A stretch of DNA of 27,582 bases from Candidatus Omnitrophota bacterium (GTDB lineage: Bacteria > Omnitrophota > Gorgyraeia > Zapsychrales > Fredricksoniimonadaceae), in contig JACPXN010000097.1 of the NCBI GenBank assembly GCA_016196515.1, positions 1 through 27,582 of the forward strand, written 5' to 3'. The notes below the pieces were generated by a model. It was not told where the DNA came from. It did not search any database and worked only from the letters and a program-made list of their open reading frames with translations. This document shows, one piece after another, positions 15,515 to 24,311 of the stretch; positions within the stretch are counted from its first letter, which is position 1; each line of letters starts with the position of its first letter. Made by a program: the position numbers and the translations under genes.

Positions 15515-17038
15515 TTATTTCATCCTGTCCAGCGTCCGGTAGCCGATGGCTTCCGCGACGTGTTTGGGCAGGATCTGTGCGCATCCTTCCAGGTCCGCGA
15601 TGGTGCGGGCCACCTTCAGCACGCGGTCATGCGCCCGGGCCGAGAGCCCCAGGCGTTCCGTCGCTGCTTTCAGCAAATCCTTACCTTGCTCGTCTAAAAC
15701 ACAATATTTTTTGATGTCTTTGCCCGTCATCGCGGCGTTGTGGCCCGCACCGCTGTCCTTAAAACGTTCGTGTTGGACCATCCTTGCTCGGCTGGTGCGT
15801 TTTTTGACGCGCGCCGACGGCTCGGATTCGGCGGTGCCCCACAGGTCTTCGTTTTTCAGCGCCGGCACTTCCAGATGGATATCGATGCGGTCTAATAATG
15901 GGCCGGAGATCTTGTTGAAATATTGTTCGATCTGTGTCGGCGCGCACACGCATGTTTTGCGGTGGCTCATGCGCCATCCGCACGGGCAGGGGTTCATGGC
16001 CGCTACCAGCATGAACCGGGCCGGAAAACACACACTGCCTTTGGCGCGCGCGACCGTGACGCACCCGTCCTCCAGCGGCTGGCGCAGGGCTTCCAGTGCA
16101 TGCCGGCTGAATTCCGGCAATTCGTCTAAAAAAAGCACTCCGTTGTGCGCGAGGGTCGTTTCGCCGGGCCGGGGGACGGACCCGCCGCCGACGAGGGCGA
16201 TGTCCGAGGCCGTGTGATGGGGGTTTCTAAGCGGCCGCTGGCGAAGGACTACCGAGGGATGTTTTAAAAGCCCCATCACCGAGTGGATCTTGGTGACTTC
16301 CAGAGTTTCTTGGCGCGACATGTCCGGCAAAATGGTCGGCATGCGTTTGGCCAGCATGGTTTTGCCGCTTCCCGGCGGCCCTACCAAAAGAACATTATGT
16401 CCGCCTGCCGCGGCGATCTCCAACCCCCGTTTGGCATGATTTTGGCCTTTGACGTCGCAAAAGTCCATGTCCCAAACCCAGGGGGTTTCAACGTTTTTGT
16501 CGTCGGGACCAAAAGGCGGGATGCTTTCCACGGAGGTGAGAAAATGCACGACTTCTTTCAGGCAGGTGACGGGATAGACCGCAACTGTTCGGGGCAGGGC
16601 GGCTTCACGGGCATTGGCCGCGGGCACGACCAATCCGTTGAGATTGTGACCTGCCGCGCTTAAGGAAGCGGCCAGGGTGCCGTGCACGGCATGGATATTT
16701 CCGTCGAGCGAAAGTTCTCCCAAAAACGCGAAGCGGTTTAAAGGTCCCTGGGGGACTTGCCCGCTGGAGGCCAAAATGCTCAAGGCAATGGCCACGTCGA
16801 AACTCGGGCCTTCTTTTTTGGTGTCCGCGGGCGCCAGGTTCACCGTGATGCGGCCGGAGGGAAAATCAAAACCGCTGTTTTTGATGGCTGAACGCACCCG
16901 TTCGCGGCTTTCGCGTACGGAGCTGTCCGGAAGCCCCACCACCGTGAACAAAGGAAGGCCGGCGCCGGAATCCGCTTCAACAGTGACCAGATACCCGTCC
17001 AGGCCGGCAATGCCGAAGCTGAGAGTTTTTGATAACAT
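15515..17038 (-). CDS. comM: ComM/YifB Mg-chelatase-family AAA+ ATPase (507 aa)
   Basis: Begins MLSKTLSFGIAGLDGYLVTVEAD; VGLPD..VRESRER, VNLAPAD.KKEG, GPPGSGKT, LFLDE, ISGPLLDRID, LSARA..RVLKVARTIADL. Confidence 0.92.
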   Translation of the reverse strand: MLSKTLSFGIAGLDGYLVTVEADSGAGLPLFTVVGLPDSSVRESRERVRSAIKNSGFDFPSGRITVNLAPADTKKEGPSFDVAIALSILASSGQVPQGPLNRFAFLGELSLDGNIHAVHGTLAASLSAAGHNLNGLVVPAANAREAALPRTVAVYPVTCLKEVVHFLTSVESIPPFGPDDKNVETPWVWDMDFCDVKGQNHAKRGLEIAAAGGHNVLLVGPPGSGKTMLAKRMPTILPDMSRQETLEVTKIHSVMGLLKHPSVVLRQRPLRNPHHTASDIALVGGGSVPRPGETTLAHNGVLFLDELPEFSRHALEALRQPLEDGCVTVARAKGSVCFPARFMLVAAMNPCPCGWRMSHRKTCVCAPTQIEQYFNKISGPLLDRIDIHLEVPALKNEDLWGTAESEPSARVKKRTSRARMVQHERFKDSGAGHNAAMTGKDIKKYCVLDEQGKDLLKAATERLGLSARAHDRVLKVARTIADLEGCAQILPKHVAEAIGYRTLDRMK

Positions 17039-17161
17039 CAATAGGACCAATGATTTGGGGAGATTTGAAGAAATACACGCCCACGGGGGATGGGCGCCAA
17101 AGCAATACTTGCCCCGCCACAAAGCGGCGGGACTACGCAAGACAAGCGAAAGAAGCATCGC

Positions 17162-17189
17162 TTGCTTTTTAAGGAACCAAAGTTATAAT
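17162..17189 (+). promoter_or_regulatory. Sigma70 promoter TTGCTT-N16-TATAAT for the DUF212-ldt-accA cluster
   Basis: Perfect -10 at 17184-17189; -35 at 17162-17167. Confidence 0.55.
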
Positions 17190-17229
17190 ATAACCTAACA
17201 AAATTACCTTTTTCCGTCAATATTTTTTT

Positions 17230-17691
17230 ATGTCTCCCCAGATCCAACACGATTTTTGGTCGGAAGTGTTTCACAATCATATCCTGATGAGCACCCTGAC
17301 GGTTTGGGTGTTGGCCCAGATCGCCAAGGTCATTGTCGGGTTCTTTCAGGAGAAGAGGTTTAATTTTCGGTGGTTCATCGGCACCGGAGGCATGCCTTCC
17401 AGCCATGCCGCGGGGGTCTCGGCTTTGGCCACTTCCGTGGGCTTGCAGCAGGGATTTGACACCGCGATGTTCGCCCTGGCTGCTTCTTTCGCCATGATCA
17501 CCATGTTCGACGCCCAGGGGGTGCGCCGTTCGACGGGACAGCAGGCGTGGATCCTCAACAAGATGATGGACGACATCTATTGGAAGGGCCAGATCGAGGC
17601 CAAACGCCTCAAAGAGTTCGTCGGGCATACGCCCGTCCAGGTGCTGGCCGGGTTTGTTTTCGGGATCGTTTGGGCGGTCATTTTATATTAA
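17230..17691 (+). CDS. Divergent PAP2 family (DUF212) membrane protein
   Basis: GTGGMPSSH, MFDAQGVRR, GHTPVQV motifs. Confidence 0.9.
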   Translation: MSPQIQHDFWSEVFHNHILMSTLTVWVLAQIAKVIVGFFQEKRFNFRWFIGTGGMPSSHAAGVSALATSVGLQQGFDTAMFALAASFAMITMFDAQGVRRSTGQQAWILNKMMDDIYWKGQIEAKRLKEFVGHTPVQVLAGFVFGIVWAVILY

Positions 17692-17702
17692 GGAGACTTT
17701 TT

Positions 17703-18527
17703 ATGAATCAGCGTCGGATCATTGCCATTGTTGCGGCCGTTTTCTTGGCTGGCATAGGCCTTGCCGTCATCAGCAAACACAAGCCGGGCACAGAAAACAG
17801 GCCATCCGGGACTTCGACGGCTTCCGTCAGCCAGATGCTGGACGAAGCCGCCCAATACGAAGCCAAGGGCGATCGACTTAAAGCCAAAGATCTGTACGCC
17901 CAGGTGGTCAGCGACCATCCCGACTATGACAAGATCGAGGAGGTCCAGGACCGGCTGGGCGCTTTGTCGATGGCCATCATCACTTCCAACATGCCGACAC
18001 CCCAGACGGTCCTGCACGAGGTCGTGCCCGGGGATTCTTTGGGAAAACTGGCCAAACAATACAACACCACGACGGAGTTCATCAAGAAAAGCAATGATCT
18101 CAAAAGCGACGTCATCCGCGTCGGGCAGAAATTGCGCGTCTGGACGGCGCCATTCACCGTTTTGGTGGACAAGTCCCAGAATATCCTCATCCTTAAGACC
18201 GCGGAAGAAGTGGTCAAGGTGTACCATGTTTCGACCGGGGCCGACAACTCCACGCCCGTCGGTCATTTCAAGATCGCCGCCAAACTCGTCGATCCGGTGT
18301 GGTTCAAGGCGGGCCATAAACCCATCCCTTCGGAAAGTCCGGAGAATGAACTGGGCAGCCGGTGGATGGGATTCGTCGAGAACCCGCAGTACGGCATTCA
18401 CGGCACGATCAAGCCCAATTTGATCGGCCAGCAGGCGACCGCCGGGTGCGTGCGTCTGGTCAACCACGACGTCGAGGAACTTTTTGACCTGCTGCCGGCC
18501 GGCACCCAGGTGACCATCCAGGACTAA
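17703..18527 (+). CDS. LysM-domain L,D-transpeptidase (YkuD/ErfK family), membrane-anchored (274 aa)
   Basis: SD AAGGAG before the ATG at 17703; N-terminal hydrophobic anchor; LysM (HEVVPGDSLGKLAKQYNTT); catalytic YGIHGT...ATAGCVRL. Confidence 0.9.
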   Translation: MNQRRIIAIVAAVFLAGIGLAVISKHKPGTENRPSGTSTASVSQMLDEAAQYEAKGDRLKAKDLYAQVVSDHPDYDKIEEVQDRLGALSMAIITSNMPTPQTVLHEVVPGDSLGKLAKQYNTTTEFIKKSNDLKSDVIRVGQKLRVWTAPFTVLVDKSQNILILKTAEEVVKVYHVSTGADNSTPVGHFKIAAKLVDPVWFKAGHKPIPSESPENELGSRWMGFVENPQYGIHGTIKPNLIGQQATAGCVRLVNHDVEELFDLLPAGTQVTIQD

Positions 18528-18530
18528 GAT

Positions 18531-19481
18531 ATGGCCGCGTTGGATTTTGAAAAACCGATTGTCGAGTTGGAATCCAGGATTGAGGATTTGCGCAAGATGA
18601 GTTCCCGGCGCGTCACCCTGGGACCGGAGATCAAGCGTCTGGAAAGTAAACTCGCGAAACTCAAAGACGATGTTTATGCCCATTTGGACCCCTGGCAAAG
18701 GGTGCAGATCGCCCGCCATCCCAAGCGGCCTTACACGTTTGATTATATCCGTCTGATGACCGAGGACTTTCTGGAACTGCACGGGGACCGTTTATTTGCC
18801 GACGACGCGGCCCTGGTGGGCGGTTTCGCGAAGATCGACGGCATCAAGGTCATGATCGTGGGACACCAGAAAGGCCGCGACGTCAAAGAGAATGTCATGC
18901 GCAATTTCGGCTGCGCCCATCCGGAAGGGTACCGCAAGGCCATGCGCCTGATGAGACTGGCGGAAAAATTCCACGTCCCCGTCGTGTGTTTGATCGATAC
19001 CCCGGGTGCCTATCCCGGCATCGGCGCTGAACAGCGCGGCCAGGCCCAGGCCATTGCCGAAAATTTGAGGGACATGGCCGGCATTAAAACCCCGACCGTG
19101 GCGGCGATCATCGGCGAGGGGGGGAGCGGCGGGGCCTTAGGCGTCGGTGTCGCCGACCGCGTCATCATTCTGGAACACGCGTATTATTCCGTTATTTCTC
19201 CCGAGGGCTGCGCCTCTATTCTGTGGCGCTCCTCGCTCAAAGCCCCCCTGGCGGCTGAAGCATTGAAACTGCACGGCGAGCATTTGATCAAGTTCGGCAT
19301 CGTCGATGAGATCGTTCCCGAACCTTTGGGCGGCGCCCACCGCGACCCGGCCGAGATCGCCGCCAACTTGAAAACCGTCCTGGTCAAACACCTCAAGAAA
19401 CTGTCCTCCCTGTCCGAAGAAGCCCTGCTGGAGGCCCGGTATAAGAAATACCGCGCCATCGGCGAATTTATTGAAAAATAA
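18531..19481 (+). CDS. accA: Acetyl-CoA carboxylase carboxyltransferase alpha subunit
   Basis: LDFEKPI, RHPKRPYT, GHQKGR, RNFGCAHPEGYRKA, IDTPGAYPG, GEGGSGGAL, SVISPEGCA. Confidence 0.97.
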   Translation: MAALDFEKPIVELESRIEDLRKMSSRRVTLGPEIKRLESKLAKLKDDVYAHLDPWQRVQIARHPKRPYTFDYIRLMTEDFLELHGDRLFADDAALVGGFAKIDGIKVMIVGHQKGRDVKENVMRNFGCAHPEGYRKAMRLMRLAEKFHVPVVCLIDTPGAYPGIGAEQRGQAQAIAENLRDMAGIKTPTVAAIIGEGGSGGALGVGVADRVIILEHAYYSVISPEGCASILWRSSLKAPLAAEALKLHGEHLIKFGIVDEIVPEPLGGAHRDPAEIAANLKTVLVKHLKKLSSLSEEALLEARYKKYRAIGEFIEK

Positions 19482-19483
19482 CC

Positions 19484-19534
19484 GTAGGGGTTCGATTTAT
19501 CGAACCCGCTGGGCGCGATAAATCGCGCCCCTAC
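19484..19534. repeat. GTAG-family REP doublet (REPIN-like), copy 1
   Basis: GTAGGGGTTCGATTTATCGAACCC-gct-GGGCGCGATAAATCGCGCCCCTAC: two inverted 24-nt palindromic units with GTAG/CTAC ends. Confidence 0.85.
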
Positions 19535-19546
19535 ACAGGATTAAAC

Positions 19547-20617
19547 ATGGACATTCGCAATTTATCCTTTGATGAATTGGCACAATATTTAATCTCCATT
19601 GGAGAAAAACCGTTTCGGGCAGGGCAGGTGTTCGAGTGGCTTTACAAGAAAGACGCGTCCACGTTCGAGGACATGACCACCTTGTCCCAGCCGCTGCGCG
19701 CGCGTCTGGCCGCTGATCTTAGGTTTACGCCCGCCGTCATTGCTGACCAACAGAAGTCTGAAGACGGCACGACCAAATTCCTTTTCGAGTTATCCGACGG
19801 CCAGCATGTGGAGGCGGTTTTGATCCCCTCCGGGCCCACGGCCGGGCGCACAACCGCGTGCATCTCCACCCAGGTCGGCTGCAAGTTCGGCTGCCGTTTT
19901 TGTGCCAGCGGTGTTGCCGGCTGGAAACGCAATTTGTCCACGGCCGAGATCATGACCCAGGTGCTTTACGTCAAGCGTGCCGCGGGCAAAAAAAGGCCTT
20001 TGAGCCACATTGTTTTCATGGGCATCGGCGAGCCCATGGACAATTATGATGTTCTGCTCAAAAGCATTCATTTGATCAATTCCGGCAAGGCGGCCCATAT
20101 CGCGGCCCGCCGCATCACGGTGTCCACCAGCGGGGTCGTTCCCAAAATTTTAAAGTTGGCCGAACAGGACCTGCAGATCGAATTGGCCATTTCCCTGCAC
20201 GGGTATGACAACCCGTCGCGCGACGTGCTCATGCCGATCAACACAAAATACCCCATCGAAAAACTGATGGAGGCCTGCCGCGCCTACGGGGCCAGCAAGA
20301 GAAGGCAGATCACGTTTGAGTATATTCTGATCAAAGGTGTCACCGTCACGCCCGAGGCGCCGGCGGCGCTCAAAAAATTGTTCAAAGGCCTTTTGTGCAA
20401 GATGAACCTCATCCCGTATAATCCCGTCGCAGAATATCCCCACCAATGCCCCAGCCATCCGGAAATGCTGGCATTCCGTTCGGAATTGGAAAAAGCGGGC
20501 ATCCACGCCACCATCCGCACGCCCAGGGGCAAGGATGTCAACGCCGCCTGCGGCCAACTGCGCCACGCGCATCAAAAGGGGAACCATATGGCGTCCTCTT
20601 TTGACAAAAATGGATGA
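19547..20617 (+). CDS. rlmN: Dual-specificity 23S rRNA/tRNA adenine C2-methyltransferase (radical SAM)
   Basis: CISTQVGCKFGCRFC, FMGIGEP, ITVSTSG, LAISLH, NLIPYN, DVNAACGQL. Confidence 0.95.
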   Translation: MDIRNLSFDELAQYLISIGEKPFRAGQVFEWLYKKDASTFEDMTTLSQPLRARLAADLRFTPAVIADQQKSEDGTTKFLFELSDGQHVEAVLIPSGPTAGRTTACISTQVGCKFGCRFCASGVAGWKRNLSTAEIMTQVLYVKRAAGKKRPLSHIVFMGIGEPMDNYDVLLKSIHLINSGKAAHIAARRITVSTSGVVPKILKLAEQDLQIELAISLHGYDNPSRDVLMPINTKYPIEKLMEACRAYGASKRRQITFEYILIKGVTVTPEAPAALKKLFKGLLCKMNLIPYNPVAEYPHQCPSHPEMLAFRSELEKAGIHATIRTPRGKDVNAACGQLRHAHQKGNHMASSFDKNG

Positions 20618-20738
20618 GGATGATATAGTGACGTTCTTTCGCGGGGCTGGCCGATTTTCTGGAAACACATTAAGGAATCGGCACAAGCACCCAAGTTTTT
20701 CTGGAATGTGTTTGAAAATAGTAAGTTTTTGGTAACTT

Positions 20739-20815
<77 letters not shown>

Positions 20816-20823
20816 AAATTTTT

Positions 20824-20907
20824 GCCAAGGTGGCGGAACTGGTATACGCGCTGGTCTCAAAAACCAGTGGTCTCACGGCCGTGAGGGTTCAACTCCCTCC
20901 CTTGGCA
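20824..20907 (+). tRNA. tRNA-Leu(CAA), CCA not encoded
   Basis: Acceptor GCCAAGG/CCTTGGC, discriminator A; anticodon arm CTGGT-CTCAAAA-ACCAG; long variable arm. Confidence 0.95.
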
Positions 20908-20912
20908 TTTTA

Positions 20913-20947
20913 TTTGTAAACCCGCCTTATCCAATCCGGTTGACAAT
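20913..20947. promoter_or_regulatory. BirA-type biotin operator TGTAAACC-N15-GGTTGACA
   Basis: Half-sites at 20915-20922 and 20938-20945 match the known BirA consensus TGTaAACC-N14-16-GGTTtACA; the right half overlaps the -35. Confidence 0.8.
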
Positions 20948-20968
20948 CCAGTCATAATCTTTTAGCAT
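20940..20968 (+). promoter_or_regulatory. Sigma70 promoter TTGACA-N17-TAGCAT of the iscS-bio operon
   Basis: -35 at 20940-20945, -10 at 20963-20968; ATG at 20977. Confidence 0.7.
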
Positions 20969-20976
20969 AGTCATTG

Positions 20977-22137
20977 ATGCAAAACGTTTATCTCGACTAT
21001 GCCGCGACGACGCCTTGCGACCCGCGGGTCGTGGAAGCCCTGCGGCCTTATTTTTATGACACCTTCGGCAATACGTTAAGCCCGCATGCCTTTGGCCGGC
21101 GCGGCCGCAAGGCCGTTGAGGATGCCCGTGAAACAGTGGCCTCTTTTTTGGGCGCCCAGCCGACGGAGATCGTCTTTACGTCATCCGCCACGGAAGCCAA
21201 TAATCACGCCATTTCAGGTGTCGCTTGCGCTTTGAGGTCCAAAGGCAGGCCTGCCTGTCCGGCAGGCAGGCATCTTGTTGTTTCCGCCATTGAGCATCAT
21301 TGCGTCCTTGAACCAGCCCGCCGTTTGATGCAAGAGGGATGCGAGGTCACGTTCGTGTCCCCGGGCAAAGACGGCATCATTTCTCCCGCGGCCATTGAGC
21401 AGGCCCTGCGTCCGGACACCATTTTGATCGCCGTGGCGCACGCCAACAATGAAATAGGCGTCCTTCAACCCGCCGAAGGTATCGGACGCATTGCCCGCGC
21501 AAAAGGTATTTATTTTTTAGTGGACGCGGCGCAAACCGTCGGACATATCCCCGTATCCGTCACCGGCATTCCTTGCGATCTTCTTTCTTTTTCGGCCCAC
21601 AAATTCTACGGTCCCCAGGGTGTCGGCGCTCTTTACATCCGTAAGGGCGTTGAATGCGCGCCGCTGCTTCTGGGAGGCGACCAGGAACGCAATCGTCGTG
21701 CCGGGACGCTCAATGTCCCGGGCATCGTCGGGTTAGGGGAAGCGGTCCGTTTGTGCCGGCCGCTCATGTCCGATGAAATGGCCGCACAGACCGTTTTGCG
21801 CGACCGGATCATCAACGCTGTCCTTCAAGAGGTTCCCGGCGCAGTCCTTAACGGTCATCGCGTTTTACGTTTGCCCAACAATGCCAACTTCTCCTTTGAA
21901 GGCGTCACTGGCGAGGACTTAGTCGCGGCCCTGGACATGGCGGGCATTGCCGTTTCCGTGGGTTCGGCCTGCACGTCGGGCCAGTTGACCCCCTCGCACG
22001 TGCTTAAGGCCATCGGCCTTTCCGATGCCATGGCCCTGGGGGCATTGCGCGTCACCGTCGGCCGCTGGACCACAGCGAAGGATGTCGATTATTTTCTGGA
22101 ACAATTGCGATTAAAGGTGTCGCGATTACGGATGTAG
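20977..22137 (+). CDS. iscS: Group I cysteine desulfurase (IscS/NifS)
   Basis: VYLDYAATTP, FTSSATEANN, SAIEH, VDAAQ, FSAHKFYGPQG (PLP Lys), RAGTLN, VSVGSACTS. ATG at 20977 preferred over TTG at 20974. Confidence 0.92.
   Translation: MQNVYLDYAATTPCDPRVVEALRPYFYDTFGNTLSPHAFGRRGRKAVEDARETVASFLGAQPTEIVFTSSATEANNHAISGVACALRSKGRPACPAGRHLVVSAIEHHCVLEPARRLMQEGCEVTFVSPGKDGIISPAAIEQALRPDTILIAVAHANNEIGVLQPAEGIGRIARAKGIYFLVDAAQTVGHIPVSVTGIPCDLLSFSAHKFYGPQGVGALYIRKGVECAPLLLGGDQERNRRAGTLNVPGIVGLGEAVRLCRPLMSDEMAAQTVLRDRIINAVLQEVPGAVLNGHRVLRLPNNANFSFEGVTGEDLVAALDMAGIAVSVGSACTSGQLTPSHVLKAIGLSDAMALGALRVTVGRWTTAKDVDYFLEQLRLKVSRLRM
21250..21270. repeat. 21-bp palindromic in-frame insertion CCTGCCTG-TCCGG-CAGGCAGG inside iscS
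   Basis: Perfect 8-bp arms; adds PACPAGR into the usual KG[KR]HI/L.S..EH segment. Confidence 0.75.
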
Positions 22138-22186
22138 GGGTTCGATTTATCGAACCCTTTGCGGGCGCGATAAATCGCGCCCCTAC
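22134..22186. repeat. GTAG-family REP doublet, copy 2; supplies the iscS stop codon
   Basis: Both 24-nt units are identical to copy 1, with spacer tttgc; TAG 22135-22137 lies within GTAG. Confidence 0.85.
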
Positions 22187-22198
22187 GGCAAAATAAAC

Positions 22199-23161
22199 AT
22201 GAATGCCCACGACCGCATTGTACAATTTTTAAAGGAAGCCGACGGTTACGTTTCCGGCGAGGAAATGAGCGAGACGCTCAAGATCAGCCGCGCCGCGGTA
22301 TGGAAATACATCGACCATCTGCGCAAGGACGGCTATGGCATCACGGCCGTGCCGCATCTGGGATACCGGCTGGTGTCCGTCCCCGATAAATTATTGCCCC
22401 ACGAAATTCAATCCGGTTTAAATACCAGAACGTTCGGAAAAAATATCGTCGCTTTTAACACCGTCGGCTCCACCATGGATGAGGCATTCCGTTTGGGCAT
22501 GGAGGGAGCGCCGGAGGGAACGCTCGTTTGTGCCGAGACACAGCATAAAGGCCGCGGCCGTCTGGGCCGCGTGTGGTCTTCCCCCAGGGCCAAGGGCATT
22601 TATTGTTCTTTGATCTTAAGGCCGCGGCTTCCGCCGGGGCAATTGGCCCGGTTGACGCTGACCGCGGCCGTGGCCCTGGCCGAGGCCTTGCGCGATGCCG
22701 CGGGAATAGAGCCCGCCATCAAATGGCCCAATGACATTCTCGTCGGCGGCAAAAAGCTCGCCGGCATATTGACGGAACTGCGCGCCGAGGCCGACCAGGT
22801 CAAATTTGTCGTCGTGGGTATGGGCATCAATGTCAATACATCGGCGTCCCAGCTCGTCGATGGGGCCGCGTCGTTAAGGACCGAAACCGGCCGTATTTTT
22901 AACCGGGTCGTTGTGCTGCGGCATATCTTGAGGTCCTTTGAGTCCTGGTACGCGGTCTTGGGGACCCGCGGCCGTTTTGATCCGGTCATGAAGGCGTGGA
23001 AGGCGCGTTCAGCCACTCTCAAAAAACGTGTGCGCGTCACCGGTCCCGGCGGCATGGTGGAAGGGCTGGCCGTGGACCTGGATACCGACGGGGCGCTTTT
23101 GGTGCGTCAGGATTCGGGAGTGATTGTCAAACAAACTGCCGGTGATGTTGTTCATGGATAA
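22199..23161 (+). CDS. birA: Bifunctional biotin repressor / biotin-protein ligase
   Basis: N-terminal wHTH (YVSGEEMSETLKISRAAVWKYI), GRGRLGRVW, KWPND, KLAGIL, C-terminal SH3-like domain. Confidence 0.95.
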   Translation: MNAHDRIVQFLKEADGYVSGEEMSETLKISRAAVWKYIDHLRKDGYGITAVPHLGYRLVSVPDKLLPHEIQSGLNTRTFGKNIVAFNTVGSTMDEAFRLGMEGAPEGTLVCAETQHKGRGRLGRVWSSPRAKGIYCSLILRPRLPPGQLARLTLTAAVALAEALRDAAGIEPAIKWPNDILVGGKKLAGILTELRAEADQVKFVVVGMGINVNTSASQLVDGAASLRTETGRIFNRVVVLRHILRSFESWYAVLGTRGRFDPVMKAWKARSATLKKRVRVTGPGGMVEGLAVDLDTDGALLVRQDSGVIVKQTAGDVVHG

Positions 23162-24311
23162 TTCCCTTCAGGAAGATCTTAATGAATTGCAGGCCCTGGG
23201 ATTGCGCCGTGGTTTGCGCCAAACGCAAAGCCCGCAGGGCCGGGCGATCATCGTTGATGGACGAAGGGTCCTGAATTTTTGTTCCAATGATTATCTGGGG
23301 CTGGCTGACGACGAAAAGGTCAAGGCCGCGGCCGTAGCATCCGTCGGTCAAGACGGTTTCGGTTCCGGCGCTTCGCGTTTGGTGGGCGGCAATATGTCCG
23401 CCCACACCGCGTTGGAAGAGCGTCTGGCCGCGCTCAAAAAGACCGAGGCCTGTCTTTTATTCTCCAGCGGGTATATGGCCAATACCGGCATTATCCCGGC
23501 GCTGGTCGGCCGCGGGGACATTGTGTTTTGCGACCGTCTGAACCATGCCTCCATCATCGACGGCATCCTCTTAAGCCGTGCTCAAATGAAACGTTATCCC
23601 CACGCGGACATGACAGCCCTTGAGGAAAATTTACGGCGGGCGTCTGGGCATCAACGCAAACTGATCGTGACAGACACCATTTTCAGCATGGACGGGGACA
23701 TAGCGCCTTTGAAGGACATCGTGGCATTGGCCCGGCGTTGGGGCGCGTGGGTGATGGTGGATGAAGCGCATGCCTTCGGGGTTTTAGGACCCACAGGCAT
23801 GGGACTCGTCGAAGAAATGGGTTTAAGCGATCAGGTGCAGGTCCAGATGGGCACTTTATCCAAAGCCGCCGGATGTTTCGGCGCCTACGTTTGCGGTCCC
23901 GCTGTGCTTAAAGAAACCCTCATCAACCGCGCCCGCAGTTTCATTTACACGACGGGGATGCCGTCTTGCGTTGCGGCCGCGGCGCATGCAGGGGTCAACA
24001 TCATCGCCGCAGAGCCCTCGCGCCGCCGGCGATTGCTGGGCAACGCCGATCATTTACGCCGGGGGTTTAAGACCCTTGGCCTTGATACGATGCGCTCAAC
24101 AACGCCCATCATTCCTATTTTAGCCGGTGAAGCCCACAGGGCGGTGGCGATGTCGCAAAAACTTTTTGAGCAAGGATTTTTTGTGCAGGCCATACGCCCG
24201 CCGACGGTGCCGGTCAACACCGCGCGTTTGCGCGTGACCGTCACGGCAGTCCATACCAGAGAGGATTGCGATGCTTTTCTGGACGCTGTTAAAACCACAT
24301 GCCTTTTCTAA
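23154..24311 (+). CDS. bioF: 8-amino-7-oxononanoate synthase
   Basis: FCSNDYLGL, GSGASRLVGG, LNHASIIDG, FSMDGD, VDEAHAFGV, GTLSKA, AIRPPTVP. Start placed at ATG 23154, overlapping the end of birA. Confidence 0.95.
   Translation: MDNSLQEDLNELQALGLRRGLRQTQSPQGRAIIVDGRRVLNFCSNDYLGLADDEKVKAAAVASVGQDGFGSGASRLVGGNMSAHTALEERLAALKKTEACLLFSSGYMANTGIIPALVGRGDIVFCDRLNHASIIDGILLSRAQMKRYPHADMTALEENLRRASGHQRKLIVTDTIFSMDGDIAPLKDIVALARRWGAWVMVDEAHAFGVLGPTGMGLVEEMGLSDQVQVQMGTLSKAAGCFGAYVCGPAVLKETLINRARSFIYTTGMPSCVAAAAHAGVNIIAAEPSRRRRLLGNADHLRRGFKTLGLDTMRSTTPIIPILAGEAHRAVAMSQKLFEQGFFVQAIRPPTVPVNTARLRVTVTAVHTREDCDAFLDAVKTTCLF

Noticed and set aside
15515-17038. comM interrupted by an integrated element
   Set aside because: The ORF is full length with all expected motifs.
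17039-17158. 40-aa N-terminal extension of ComM
   Set aside because: Family similarity starts at MLSKTLS (17038).
15546-18782. Long overlapping ORFs 15546-16217, 17038-17628, 17688-18782 and 17761-18423
   Set aside because: Shadows of comM, DUF212 and the L,D-transpeptidase with no independent support.
19547-20617. Cfr-type antibiotic resistance methyltransferase
   Set aside because: The MGIGEP motif and housekeeping context fit RlmN.
20650-20730. Short IR GCCGATT/AATCGGC and aagttttt direct repeats upstream of the tRNAs
   Set aside because: Too short and loose to assign as a terminator or operator.
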